This document shows, one piece after another, positions 37,345 to 48,815 of a stretch of DNA of 64,000 nt (positions within the stretch are counted from its first letter, which is position 1; every line of letters starts with the position of its first letter). Origin of the DNA: Chthoniobacterales bacterium (GTDB lineage Bacteria; Verrucomicrobiota; Verrucomicrobiia; Chthoniobacterales; Chthoniobacteraceae); assembly GCA_038207335.1 (NCBI GenBank), contig JBBQZX010000007.1, forward strand, positions 1 through 64,000. The letters are read 5' to 3'. The position numbers were made by a program, and so were the translations under genes. Below the pieces are notes generated by a model, which saw only the letters and a program-made list of their open reading frames with translations, was not told the origin of the DNA and ran no database searches.

Positions 37345-37729
37345 CTCGCAGATGGAGAAAGCTCGCTCGTCATGGCGATTTTCACATCGTTGGCCGGCTC
37401 CGGATCATTTTTTAAAAAAGCGACGGGTGTTTTGAGCCAGGCGGATTTTGCGGATCGCATGGCGCGGATTCGCAAGCACCCAGATTTCAAACCTGAGATG
37501 CGAAGCGGGCTTTCGTGGTTTCGTCGGACTTGCAATTCGGGTTGAGCAGGATGTTCGAGGTTCATCGCGAAATGGCGGGCGAGAGCGGTATCCGCGTCTC
37601 CCGCGAAATGGAGTAAGCGCGCGCGTGGCTCGGGCTGGTTTGCAAGCCGGACGAAATACACTCGGAGACATCGGCATAGTTACTGGTGGAGATTGCGCGG
37701 CCATGCGCGCGGGGTAACGTCCGGGCTTC

Positions 37730-39304
37730 ATGAGTTCACCCACCGATCCGATCCAGCGCACCCTGCGAGGGATGCGGCAGCGGATGCGAGCGCGGGATTT
37801 CGTTGAGAAAATCGCGCGCATTGCGCTGCTCTGGGGCGCGGCTCTGGTGCTCGTCGGCGTGGTGAATCGCTGGGAGCTGGGACGGATGCCGTGGGATGCG
37901 CCGTTCGCGCTCTGGAGCGCGCTCGCAGCGGTCGCGGTCGCGGTGATTTGGACGTTTGCGCGTCGCCTGTCGCTGCGGGCTGTGGCACGGATCGTGGACA
38001 CGCGTGGGGGGACACGGGATCGGTTTTTGACGGCGCTCACTTTTGAGGAAAAAGGCGGCGCATCGGAGATGCGTGCGCTGGTGATGCAGGAGTGTGCGGC
38101 ATTCTTTGCGGGGCGTGACTTTCGCAGCGCGATCCCGGTGCCGATGCCTCGCGAAGTGGCGTGGTTGCTTGTTCCGGCGACTGCCCTGCTCATGTTGCAG
38201 TGGAATGCGCGCGATGAATCTGCGCTGCGGCTCGCGCGTGAATCAGCGGGCCAGGCCGAGGTCGCGCCCACTGTCGCGAAGCTGGAGCAGCTCGCGCGGG
38301 AGGCGGAAGAAAGGGCGGCGGAAACGGACGACGCGGAGCTGCGAAAACTCGCTGAGAAGATGAAACGAAGCGCAGCGCAGCTTCGCGCCGAGGCGACAAC
38401 CAAAGAGAACGCCGCGAAAGCTGCGCTGGCGGAACTATCCACACTGGAACAGCTCGTGAAGGAGCTACAGAAGCCGCCGTCAGAAGTGTCGTCCGATGAG
38501 CTGAAACAACTCGCGAAGGAACTCGCGAAAATCGACGCCACGCGCGACGCGGCGACGGCGATTGAGGCGGGGAGATTGGCCGACGCGGCGCAGGCTCTGG
38601 ACGAGGCGGCGAAGCAGGAGGAGCCGTCCGCGGAGAATGCGGCGCAGTCGCTGAAGCAAGCGCTGGAGCGGCTCGCGCAGCAGCGGCAGCTTTCCGAGGG
38701 GCTGCAAAAGTTGTCACAAGAAATGGGCAGTGGGCAGCGGGCGAGCGAGGCGCTGCAGAAGCTCGCGCAGATGCTCCGACAGATGCCACAGGCGAAGCAA
38801 GGCAGCAAGCCGCAGCCGGGCAACACACGCTCACCCCAGAGTCTGCTGGAGCTTCTGGCGGCGCTCCAAAATCTGAAATACGGCGGCGATGGCGAAGGCA
38901 AAGGGCAGCCCTCTGATGGGAAGCCGGGCGAGGGAAAAGGCAAGGTGGCGATGCTCTCTTTTGCAAAACCGGGCGAGGGAAATCCGCAGTCCGGCGACGC
39001 ACAGATGCCGACCGGAATGCCCGGCGGCGAGCACGACACCGGCACGACGGAAACGCCATTTGGCAAGCAGGGCAGTGCCGATGAAAAAGGCACTGAGGCC
39101 GCGTTGAAGGGCCAACTTGGCGAGGGCGAATCGCTCTCGATGGCGATGCCCGCCGCGCCCGATGGGTCGAAGGCGAGCCTCCGCTACAAAGAGCTTTACG
39201 ACGCGATGGCACCCGCCGCGCAGGAGGCGGTGATGCAGGAGGAGATTCCGCTCGGGTCGCGGTTTTTCATCAAACGCTACTTTGAATCGATCCGGCCGGA
39301 ATGA
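37730..39304 (+). CDS. Membrane-anchored coiled-coil protein (MoxR-operon associated, DUF4175-like)
   Basis: N-terminal TMs, DRFLTAL, long A/E/Q/K heptads, G/P-rich region, C-terminal EEIPLGSRFFIKRYFESI. Confidence 0.75.
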   Translation: MSSPTDPIQRTLRGMRQRMRARDFVEKIARIALLWGAALVLVGVVNRWELGRMPWDAPFALWSALAAVAVAVIWTFARRLSLRAVARIVDTRGGTRDRFLTALTFEEKGGASEMRALVMQECAAFFAGRDFRSAIPVPMPREVAWLLVPATALLMLQWNARDESALRLARESAGQAEVAPTVAKLEQLAREAEERAAETDDAELRKLAEKMKRSAAQLRAEATTKENAAKAALAELSTLEQLVKELQKPPSEVSSDELKQLAKELAKIDATRDAATAIEAGRLADAAQALDEAAKQEEPSAENAAQSLKQALERLAQQRQLSEGLQKLSQEMGSGQRASEALQKLAQMLRQMPQAKQGSKPQPGNTRSPQSLLELLAALQNLKYGGDGEGKGQPSDGKPGEGKGKVAMLSFAKPGEGNPQSGDAQMPTGMPGGEHDTGTTETPFGKQGSADEKGTEAALKGQLGEGESLSMAMPAAPDGSKASLRYKELYDAMAPAAQEAVMQEEIPLGSRFFIKRYFESIRPE

Positions 39305-39362
39305 AACGCATTTAGCATTTCCGAACTCGCGCGCCCGGCGCTGCATCTTCTCAATCATCTCA

Positions 39363-40358
39363 ATGCCAACGCCCGCTTCCCTCGAATCTCAGGTCGAACA
39401 ATTTCGCGCGACTTTCCACCGACTCCACGCGGAACTCGGGAAGATGATGGTCGGACAGGATGACGTGCTCGATGGCGTCCTCGTCGCGTTTTTTTCGGGC
39501 GGACATGTGCTACTCGAAGGCGTGCCAGGGCTCGGGAAAACCATGCTCGTGCGGACGCTCGCGGATGCGGTGAATCTCACGTTTTCGCGAGTGCAATTCA
39601 CGCCGGACCTCATGCCGGCGGACATCGTTGGGACGAACATGATCTCGGAGGATGAACACGGACGGAAGTCGTTCCAGTTTCAGCGCGGCCCGATTTTCGC
39701 CCACATCGTGCTCGCCGATGAGATCAACCGCGCGACGCCAAAAACGCAGAGCGCGTTGCTGGAGGCGATGCAGGAAAATCATGTCACGGTCGGTGGCACG
39801 CAGCATCCGCTCGATGCGCCATTCCTCGTGCTCGCCACACAGAATCCGCTTGAGATGGAGGGGACGTATCCGCTGCCTGAGGCGCAGCTCGACCGCTTTT
39901 TCTTCAAGCTGAAAGTGCGATTCCCGAGTGCCGCCGACCTGCACACAATCCTTGATCGCACGACAACGAATGAGCGTCCGAAGATCGAAAAAGTGCTCCA
40001 CAATCCTGCCGAGGTAACGACGCTGCGCGAGGTGGTGCGGCAGGTTCCGCTTGCGCCGGAAATCCAGTCGCACGCGATCGATCTCGTGATGGGCACGCAT
40101 CCCGATTCGCCGCAGGCGTCACCGCTCGCGAAGAAATATGTGCGGTACGGCGCGAGCCCGCGCGGCGCGCAGGCCCTAATCTTGGCGGGGAAAATTTACG
40201 CCCTGCTCGACGGGCGGTTTCACGTCGCGGAGGCGGATATCGACAAGGCAGCGGCCGCGGCACTGCGGCACCGGATCATCTTGAATTTCGAAGGCGAGGC
40301 GGAAGGCGCGACGACGGACGACGTAATCGCCGAGGTGCTCGCGCAGGCCCGGAAATAA
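39363..40358 (+). CDS. moxR: MoxR family AAA+ ATPase
   Basis: GHVLLEGVPGLGKT, RVQFTPDLMPAD, ADEINRATPKTQSALLEAM, ATQNPLEMEGTYPLPEAQLDRF. Confidence 0.95.
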   Translation: MPTPASLESQVEQFRATFHRLHAELGKMMVGQDDVLDGVLVAFFSGGHVLLEGVPGLGKTMLVRTLADAVNLTFSRVQFTPDLMPADIVGTNMISEDEHGRKSFQFQRGPIFAHIVLADEINRATPKTQSALLEAMQENHVTVGGTQHPLDAPFLVLATQNPLEMEGTYPLPEAQLDRFFFKLKVRFPSAADLHTILDRTTTNERPKIEKVLHNPAEVTTLREVVRQVPLAPEIQSHAIDLVMGTHPDSPQASPLAKKYVRYGASPRGAQALILAGKIYALLDGRFHVAEADIDKAAAAALRHRIILNFEGEAEGATTDDVIAEVLAQARK

Positions 40359-40399
40359 GCGTGGTGGCTGTTTCGCGGCGCCTCTCAATTTTCGAACCG

Positions 40400-41506
40400 A
40401 TGAAAGTCCCGGTGGTGCTCGCGTGGCTCAGTCTGTGGTGTGCGCCGTTGCTCCGCGCCGCGGCGGACGACGTTTCCCGCCAACTCGAGGCGATCCGTGC
40501 GGAGCACGAAATCCCAGCGCTAGCCGCAGCGGTGATGGATGAGGGGAAGCTTGTGGCGATCGGCGCGGCGGGCTTCCGCAACGTGCATGTGCCGGTCCCG
40601 GTGACTCTCGACGATGCGTGGCTGGTCTGCTCTTGCACGAAATCGATGACGGCCTCGGTCGCTGCAATGCTGGTCGAGGACGGCAAACTGCGATGGGATT
40701 CCACGATCGCGGAAACGTTCCCGGAACTCGGCGACGACATCGAGCCGGAGTGGCGCGAGGCAACGCTGGAGCAACTACTGCAGCAGCTCGGAGGCGCGCC
40801 GCACGAACCGCCACCAGGCCTGTGGAAGGTCGCACTTGCACGGCACGGGACGCCGGTCGAACAGCGCGCGACTTTTGTAAAGGGCCTGCTCGCGCGGCAG
40901 CCCGCGGCGCTGCCGGGCAAGCGCTGGATCTATTCGGACTGCGGATACGCAATCGCGGGCGCGATGCTCGAGCGCGCGGCGGGCGAGAGTTGGGAAGACC
41001 TCATGCGGCACCGGCTTTTCGAGCCGCTTGGAATGAAGAGTGCGGGCTTCGGCCCTCCCGCGACGCCGGACAAACTCGATGGTCCGTGGGGCCATGAGGG
41101 GTACGATTCGCCCTACCACGCGGTGCCGCCGGGACCGGATGCGGACTATCCCGCGGCGATCGCTCCCGCGGCGGCAGTGCATTGCTCGATCGCGGATTTG
41201 GCGCGCTACGCGCAGTGGCACATCGATGGCGCGCGTGGCGACTGCCGGCTGATCTCCGCGGAGTCATTCAAGATGCTGCACACGCCGCCCGACGGGCAGG
41301 ACTATGCGATGGGCTGGGTCGTGACGAAACGCAAATGGGCTGGTGGCAAGACGCTGATGCACACGGGTGAGAACACGACTTTCTACGCGGTGATGTGGCT
41401 GGGGCCGGGAGAGAATACGGCATTCGTGGCGACTGCGAACGCCGACAGCTACGAGGCCCAGCAAGCGTGCGATGAAGCAGTGCGGAAGCTGATCAACGAA
41501 TACTGA
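40400..41506 (+). CDS. Serine hydrolase, beta-lactamase class C/PBP-like family
   Basis: Signal peptide; SCTK (SxxK), YSD (YxN variant), LFEPLGM, HTG. Confidence 0.88.
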   Translation: MKVPVVLAWLSLWCAPLLRAAADDVSRQLEAIRAEHEIPALAAAVMDEGKLVAIGAAGFRNVHVPVPVTLDDAWLVCSCTKSMTASVAAMLVEDGKLRWDSTIAETFPELGDDIEPEWREATLEQLLQQLGGAPHEPPPGLWKVALARHGTPVEQRATFVKGLLARQPAALPGKRWIYSDCGYAIAGAMLERAAGESWEDLMRHRLFEPLGMKSAGFGPPATPDKLDGPWGHEGYDSPYHAVPPGPDADYPAAIAPAAAVHCSIADLARYAQWHIDGARGDCRLISAESFKMLHTPPDGQDYAMGWVVTKRKWAGGKTLMHTGENTTFYAVMWLGPGENTAFVATANADSYEAQQACDEAVRKLINEY

Positions 41507-41585
41507 CGCCGGACTCGCACAAACGAGGCGAGCGTGGGAATGTGCGCTCGCTTCCGCCGCGCGCATATGTCGCGGTGTCTCCCGG

Positions 41586-43502
41586 ATGAACCCCAATTCG
41601 CAGCCCCCTCCGTGCCGGTTTGCCCGCCGAATGCGCGCGTTTTCATCGTCCGCTGCGGTATTCGCAATCCTCGCAAGCGGGGCGGTGTTCGCGACTTGGA
41701 CGCTTCCTATTTCCGCGCTGCGATCTGCGCCGCTAAATCTGACGGATATTCACCCGAGCGTTGCGCTGGCCCTTTTTCTCGCGGGGTTCGCAACCCTGTT
41801 TCTGCGCGCCGCGCCGCTGGCCGGGCAGACGCTTGGTCTCGCTGTCTGCCTCATGGGAGCGCTCACGCTGAACGACTGTCTCGGCGGGCCAGAACTCGAC
41901 ATTCACGTTTCTTTTTCACCGACCGTCGAGCTGCTTCCCATGCCGTTTGCGCCGGCTTCCGCGCTTGCTTTTGTGCTCCTCGGAGCCGCGCTCGTGCTGG
42001 CCCGTTGGCGAAAAAGCGCGGCTCTCTCTCAAACCATAAGCTTGCTCGCCGCGGCACTCGGTTTCCTAGCGCTGACGGGCCATCTCTTCGGCGCGGAAGA
42101 ATTCTTCGGGATTTCCGGCTTCACTGGAATCGCTCTCCTGACCGCGACCTCAGTCGCACTGCTGGGACTCGCGATCGCGTTTCTTTCCGCAAAAAATGGG
42201 CCTCTCAAGATCCTGCTCAGCGACAGCGATGGCGGAATGCTCGCTCGCTGGATGCTGCCAGGCTCGATCCTCATTCCGCTACTCACGGGCCGCGCCGCGG
42301 TGTGGGGGCGGGGAAGTGCGCTCTACGACGAGGCGTTTGAGATGGCGTTTTTCGCCACCGCGTCTGCAGTCGTGTTTCTCATCGTGATCTGGTCGGTGGC
42401 GCATTGGCTGATGCGGATGGAAATGCGGAGAGGTGAAGCCGAGGAGGAGCGAGACCGCTTCTTCACCGTCTCGCTCGACCTGCTCTGCGTGGCGGGCACG
42501 GATGGGCGTTTTCGCCGGCTTAATCCTGCATTCGAGCGAACGCTCGGCTATACGCAGGAGGAGCTGCTCGCGCGGCCGTTCATCGATTTCGTGCATCCGG
42601 ATGACCGCGCCGCAACGCTCGAGGTCGTGAGCCAGCTTGCCCGCGGCGAGGAGACCGTCGGTTTTGAAAATCGGTATCGGTGCAAGGACGGCGCACTGCG
42701 GTGGATGCTGTGGAGCGCCGCTGCGACACCCGACGGCGCGGTGTATGCCGCCGCCCGAGACATCACGGAACGCAAACGCGGGGAGGCCGAGCTGCGGCAG
42801 ACCGCGTCGGAATTGCAGCGCTCGAATTCCGAACTCGCGCAATTCGCATATCTCGCGTCGCACGACTTGCAGGAGCCGCTGCGCGCGGTTGCCGGCTGCA
42901 TACAGCTTTTGCAGCAGCGGTATTCCGGACAGCTCGATGCCCGAGCGGATGAGCTCATCGGCCACGTCGTCGATGGTGCCACACGGATGAAGGCGCTCAT
43001 CGGCGATTTGCTCGCGTATTCGAAAGTCGGTCGTGGCGAGCCCGAAGAATCGCCGGTCGATCTCGACTCCGCGCTACAGCACGCGCTGCTGAATCTGCGA
43101 GCGGCGATCGAGGAGAGCGGCGCGAAAATCACGCACGATCCACTCCCGACCGTGCCCGGAAACGCCACGCTCCTTGCGCAGCTTTTCCAAAATCTCATCG
43201 GCAACTCGATCAAGTTTCGCGGCGATGCGGCCCCGGAAATTCACATCGCCGCCGGACATCGCAGCGGCGAATGGGCGTTTGCGCTCAGCGACAACGGCAT
43301 AGGGATCGAGCCCGAATATTTCGAACGCATCTTCGGCATTTTCCAGCGGCTCCACACGCGGCGCGATTTTCCCGGAACGGGCATCGGGCTCGCGCTTTGC
43401 AAAAAAATCGTCGAGCGCCACGGTGGACGGATCGCGGTTCAATCGAAGCCAGGAAGCGGTTCAACGTTTCGCTTCACGCTTTCGGATCACGCACAAAAAT
43501 GA
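41586..43502 (+). CDS. Membrane PAS sensor histidine kinase (Cph1-like HK domain)
   Basis: Multiple TMs, PAS (FVHPDD...DITERK), FAYLASHDLQEPLR, QNLIGNSIKF, DNGIGI, GTGIGLA. Start is uncertain. Confidence 0.92.
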   Translation: MNPNSQPPPCRFARRMRAFSSSAAVFAILASGAVFATWTLPISALRSAPLNLTDIHPSVALALFLAGFATLFLRAAPLAGQTLGLAVCLMGALTLNDCLGGPELDIHVSFSPTVELLPMPFAPASALAFVLLGAALVLARWRKSAALSQTISLLAAALGFLALTGHLFGAEEFFGISGFTGIALLTATSVALLGLAIAFLSAKNGPLKILLSDSDGGMLARWMLPGSILIPLLTGRAAVWGRGSALYDEAFEMAFFATASAVVFLIVIWSVAHWLMRMEMRRGEAEEERDRFFTVSLDLLCVAGTDGRFRRLNPAFERTLGYTQEELLARPFIDFVHPDDRAATLEVVSQLARGEETVGFENRYRCKDGALRWMLWSAAATPDGAVYAAARDITERKRGEAELRQTASELQRSNSELAQFAYLASHDLQEPLRAVAGCIQLLQQRYSGQLDARADELIGHVVDGATRMKALIGDLLAYSKVGRGEPEESPVDLDSALQHALLNLRAAIEESGAKITHDPLPTVPGNATLLAQLFQNLIGNSIKFRGDAAPEIHIAAGHRSGEWAFALSDNGIGIEPEYFERIFGIFQRLHTRRDFPGTGIGLALCKKIVERHGGRIAVQSKPGSGSTFRFTLSDHAQK

Positions 43503-43933
43503 GCACTTCAGGCGTTCGCATTTTGCTGATCGAGGACAGTCCCGCCGACGTGCTGCTCGCGCGTGAAGCGCTGGAGGGAACCGGGTTCGCGCACGATTTG
43601 CATGTCGTGGAAGATGGCGTGGAGGCGATGAATTTCCTGCTCCGGCGAGGAAACTTCGCGGGCTCGTCGCTGCCGGATTTCATCCTACTCGACTGGAATC
43701 TGCCGCGCAAAAGTGGGCGAGAGGTGCTTGCGGAAATGGAAGCGCATACCGAACTGCGCACGATCCCCGTGGTGGTGCTGACGACCTCGCAATCGGAGGA
43801 GGACGTACGCCGCGCGTACGGCTTGGGAGCAAATGCGTTCGTGACGAAGCCCGTGGATTTCGCTGGCTTCGAGCGCGTGATACGAGGAATCGCGGATTTT
43901 TGGTTCAAGACCGCAACGCTGCCGCAGGGGTAA
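43499..43933 (+). CDS. Single-domain response regulator (Rcp1-like)
   Basis: ILLIEDSPAD, PDFILLDWNLP, VVLTTS, FVTKP; ATGA overlap with the kinase. Confidence 0.92.
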   Translation: MSTSGVRILLIEDSPADVLLAREALEGTGFAHDLHVVEDGVEAMNFLLRRGNFAGSSLPDFILLDWNLPRKSGREVLAEMEAHTELRTIPVVVLTTSQSEEDVRRAYGLGANAFVTKPVDFAGFERVIRGIADFWFKTATLPQG

Positions 43934-43943
43934 TTTGCGCGGA

Positions 43944-44681
43944 CTACTCCGCGCGCTCGACGAGCACGAGGCTCGCGTCGTCGTAGAATTCCGCGGTCTT
44001 CGCGTGCTTCTCCACCGCGCGCAACAAATCCTCGGTCGGTCCGTGCGCATTCAGCAGCGCGCCGAATGACTCGGGGCCGCGCGCCACGCCATCGCTCGCG
44101 ACGATCAGCACATCGCCGACCGCGAGTTCCACCTTGCAGTGTTTCAGCCGAAATGGCGCGTGCGCTCCGAAGCAGTCGATGAGCAGACGCCCGCAATTAT
44201 CCGGGATGGAGAGCTGCGTGGTGACAAAGCGGCCCGCTTTTTTCCGCGCGAGAAAAATGGGCGAATCACCGACCCACTCACAGTGCGCCGTAGTTCCCTC
44301 GATCAGCGCCGCGCTCAGCGTGCAGGCGCTTTCCAGCATCGCGGGATCGTCGGCAAATTCGTCGTAAAAACGCGCATTGATCCCACGCAGATATTTTCGC
44401 GCTTGAAGCGCACGACGCCCTTCCGGTTTGTCGAAAAGCGGATCGATGGCGAGGTGGCGCTCGATGAGGTAGCTCGCCACCTCGCCTCCATGCGGGCAGC
44501 GGCTCACGCCATCCGCGACCGCGAGCAGGAGCAGACGCGAGTCGTCGTCATCGAGCCAGCGATGAAGCACGCGATCTTGATTTTCCGCGCGGCATCCGGG
44601 CCCCTTGCTTCCCATCATGCTCATTTCGAGCACATGGAATTGCGACGACGCTGCGCGATGCGGTGCGGCTGGGGAAAGCAC
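43944..44681 (-). CDS. PP2C-family protein phosphatase
   Basis: NQDR, AVADG, GEVAS, WVGDS, ASDG, DDASL motifs. Start is uncertain (44621 or 44681). Confidence 0.8.
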   Translation of the reverse strand: MLSPAAPHRAASSQFHVLEMSMMGSKGPGCRAENQDRVLHRWLDDDDSRLLLLAVADGVSRCPHGGEVASYLIERHLAIDPLFDKPEGRRALQARKYLRGINARFYDEFADDPAMLESACTLSAALIEGTTAHCEWVGDSPIFLARKKAGRFVTTQLSIPDNCGRLLIDCFGAHAPFRLKHCKVELAVGDVLIVASDGVARGPESFGALLNAHGPTEDLLRAVEKHAKTAEFYDDASLVLVERAE

Positions 44682-44747
44682 GGTGGTCGTTTAGAGCCGC
44701 TACCGCGCCACGACAAGCGGAAGTTGAAGCCGCGCGACTTTCTCCGG

Positions 44748-46012
<1,265 letters not shown>

Positions 46013-46019
46013 TCCATCC

Positions 46020-46433
46020 ATGCGCTCCGAGCCTAAAAAACGTATCGACACTCGCGCGGCGGAGTCGCCGCGAAGTGGCTTAAATCCAGCTTTTGCGGGG
46101 ATCGATTTGGCGGGCGTTTCCATCTCGGGCCCGTCTGCGGGATCACCGATTTCGGATACAGCGCCCTCGGTGTCTCGACCTCACTGGAAAATGGGGCGCG
46201 TCGTGCTACGGCGGGAGAAGGCACATCGTGGCGGGAAGACCGTGATCGTAGTGGATGACTTTGCCACGCATCTGCCGGAGTCGGTCATCGAGTGTGTGGC
46301 GAAAAGGCTGCGCGCAGCGTGCGGCTGCGGCGGGACGGTGAAGGGGCGCACGATCGAGGTGCAGGGCGATCAAGCCGGGAAGGTCCGCGCGCTGCTGGAA
46401 GAGGAGAATTTCACGGTCGCGGGAATTCGGTAA
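46020..46433 (+). CDS. SUI1/YciH translation initiation factor-like protein
   Basis: RREKAHRGGKTV, CGCGGTVK, IEVQGDQ. Confidence 0.88.
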   Translation: MRSEPKKRIDTRAAESPRSGLNPAFAGIDLAGVSISGPSAGSPISDTAPSVSRPHWKMGRVVLRREKAHRGGKTVIVVDDFATHLPESVIECVAKRLRAACGCGGTVKGRTIEVQGDQAGKVRALLEEENFTVAGIR

Positions 46434-46564
46434 TCGACGGGCGCAGGGCACAACCTCTGCTCCACTTTACGGTCAGCCGATCCAGTCAGCAACGCGCCTC
46501 TATGCTTCCCAATCCCGCGAATTCCAATCACGACGCCCGTCGGCAGGAAACACACGCTATTCCC

Positions 46565-48811
46565 ATGATCGACCCACCGATCAGCATGCTCGATCTCACG
46601 GTCGTCACCGCGGACAACGAAAATATCGAGGCGGAATTGCGCATCGTGATCGAGCAATTGCGCTCCCGCGCGCGCGAGCAACTCACCCAGGCGCTTGAAC
46701 TCGAGAAAGACAAGGAGTCGCTGGAGTCGCAGCTCGAAAATGCCTTTGAGCAGCTCCACGCCGCACGCGAGCGCGAGATGGCTCTCCGCGCGCGCACCTC
46801 CGAGGCGATTGCCGCCGCAAAGCAGCGTGACGAGGCGATCGAGTCGGCGCAACGCCATGCGAAGACGATCGCCGAACTACAAAAACGGATCGCCGATATC
46901 AGCCGTGAGCAGGATGCGGCGAGCAGCCAACGTGAGGCTGTCGCAAAGCAGACGGCTGCCGCGGCGCGCTCTGCGGAGGCGGCGAGTTCGCAACTCGCGC
47001 AGGCGCAAAAGAAGGTGCTCTCGATCCGCCTGGCGCGCGATGCCGCGCAGTCGCACAGCCAGGAGCTTTCGCAAAAACTCTCCGCGGCGATGTCGAAAAT
47101 CGCGGATCTGGAATACGCGCAAGAGGAATTTGAAACAACGCGGGCGCATGCCGGAGGCGAGATGGATCAAGTCCGCCGCGAGCGCCAAACTCTGAGCGAT
47201 GAACGCGCGGGCCTCATCGCTCAAATCGCGGAGCTGAGCGCCGAGGTCGATGCAAACCGCACTCGCATCCTCGATCTCGCGCAGCAGAAAAACGCCGCCA
47301 ATACGCTCGACAACGAACTCACCGAGGCGCTGGCACAAGCCCGAATGCAGGTCGCCGGGCTCGAGCGCGAGCGGGACGCGGCGCGCTCGCGCGCCCAAGA
47401 GCAGGCGACGGAACTCGATGAACTCCGCACGCAATTGCAGGCGCTCCGGCTCGAAGTCGCTGCGCCGCGCAGTGGTGGTGCCGATTTTGAAGATCTCCGT
47501 CGGCAGCACGCAGCGCTGCGCGAAGAGCGCGATGAGATCGCAGCGCGGGAACGCGAAATTTCAAACGAATCCAACGCCCAGCAAGAGCAGCTCGCGACTC
47601 TCGCGGATGAGCTCGCGGCGGTGCAGCGGCGGTGCGAGGACGCGGTAAAACGCGCCGACGATGCCCAACAACAATGCGTGAATGTGACACGGGAGCGCGA
47701 TGCCGGGTGGGATGGGCAGTTGGAGGAAACACAAATCCTCGAGGCGCAGTTGTCCGCGCTTCGAGCGCGTGACGCCGAACTTGTGCTAGCGCTCGAGAAG
47801 GCCGGGCAAATGGCGGAACGGGAGTCGCACGAACTCGAGAAAGTGCGCGAGCGGGCGCGACGTTGTGAGGATTACCGCATGGAGTCGATCGAACTCGCGG
47901 GGCGTCTCGATGCAGCGCAACGCGACATCATCGAGCTCACGGCGCATCTCGCGGAGGCGCGCTTGCAGGCGAAATTCGCGCTCGCTGCAAGCGCCAAAAA
48001 GACGGACGAAGCTGCACTTAGGGGCGCGCCTGCGGCTGCGTCAGTGCAAGAAGTCACGAGCCCCGAAATTCACGAGCTGGAACACGCCGATGAGAGCCCG
48101 GCTTTGCATGAATCTTTCACCGAAAAAGACGCAAGAGGTGCGCTGGTCGCGATGCGCCGCTGCTACCAGACCTTTTCCAAGACGCCTTCAGACCTGAGTC
48201 TCCTGAACGAGCTTCACGCGCATGCTCACGGCTTCTCCGAGCGCGCGCGTGTGTCGGGACTCGTCGCGCTGCACCGCTTGAGCGCTGCATTTGCGAGCCT
48301 CGCGCATCATCTTTACCGCGTCCCGGAAACGCTAAACCCGTCCACCCTGCGCACGGTCCAGCAGACGATCGAATTTCTCACTGCGCTCGTGCGCGATCGG
48401 AATCTCACGCATTTGCACGATCCGGTGAAAGCGCAGATTTACGTCGTCGATGACGATGCGGACAACTGCCAGGCGATCTCGATGGCGCTCGAGATGGTCA
48501 TGCTGAAAGTGACCTCCGCGCAGGATCCATCGGTCGCGCTCGGTGAGATCGCCAGCGGGCGCTACGACCTCCTCCTGCTCGATATCAATCTGCCCGGCAT
48601 GGATGGCTTCGAGCTGTGCGAAGAAATTCGAAAATGCTCGACCTACGCGACGACGCCGATCGTTTTTCTTACCGGCCTGAACACGCTCGAGCGCCGCGTG
48701 CAATCCACACTCAGTGGCGGTAACGACTTCATCGGCAAGCCGTTCAACCTGCACGAACTCGGCGTGAAAACGCTGACGCTGATTTTGAAGACACAGCTCG
48801 GGATCCCGTAA
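46565..48811 (+). CDS. Long coiled-coil protein with Hpt-like segment and C-terminal receiver domain
   Basis: About 470 aa of heptad repeats, LLNELHAHAHG helix, VVDDD...LLLLDINLPGMDG...FLT...KP. Start is uncertain (46502 or 46565). Confidence 0.8.
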   Translation: MIDPPISMLDLTVVTADNENIEAELRIVIEQLRSRAREQLTQALELEKDKESLESQLENAFEQLHAAREREMALRARTSEAIAAAKQRDEAIESAQRHAKTIAELQKRIADISREQDAASSQREAVAKQTAAAARSAEAASSQLAQAQKKVLSIRLARDAAQSHSQELSQKLSAAMSKIADLEYAQEEFETTRAHAGGEMDQVRRERQTLSDERAGLIAQIAELSAEVDANRTRILDLAQQKNAANTLDNELTEALAQARMQVAGLERERDAARSRAQEQATELDELRTQLQALRLEVAAPRSGGADFEDLRRQHAALREERDEIAAREREISNESNAQQEQLATLADELAAVQRRCEDAVKRADDAQQQCVNVTRERDAGWDGQLEETQILEAQLSALRARDAELVLALEKAGQMAERESHELEKVRERARRCEDYRMESIELAGRLDAAQRDIIELTAHLAEARLQAKFALAASAKKTDEAALRGAPAAASVQEVTSPEIHELEHADESPALHESFTEKDARGALVAMRRCYQTFSKTPSDLSLLNELHAHAHGFSERARVSGLVALHRLSAAFASLAHHLYRVPETLNPSTLRTVQQTIEFLTALVRDRNLTHLHDPVKAQIYVVDDDADNCQAISMALEMVMLKVTSAQDPSVALGEIASGRYDLLLLDINLPGMDGFELCEEIRKCSTYATTPIVFLTGLNTLERRVQSTLSGGNDFIGKPFNLHELGVKTLTLILKTQLGIP

Positions 48812-48815
48812 CCTT

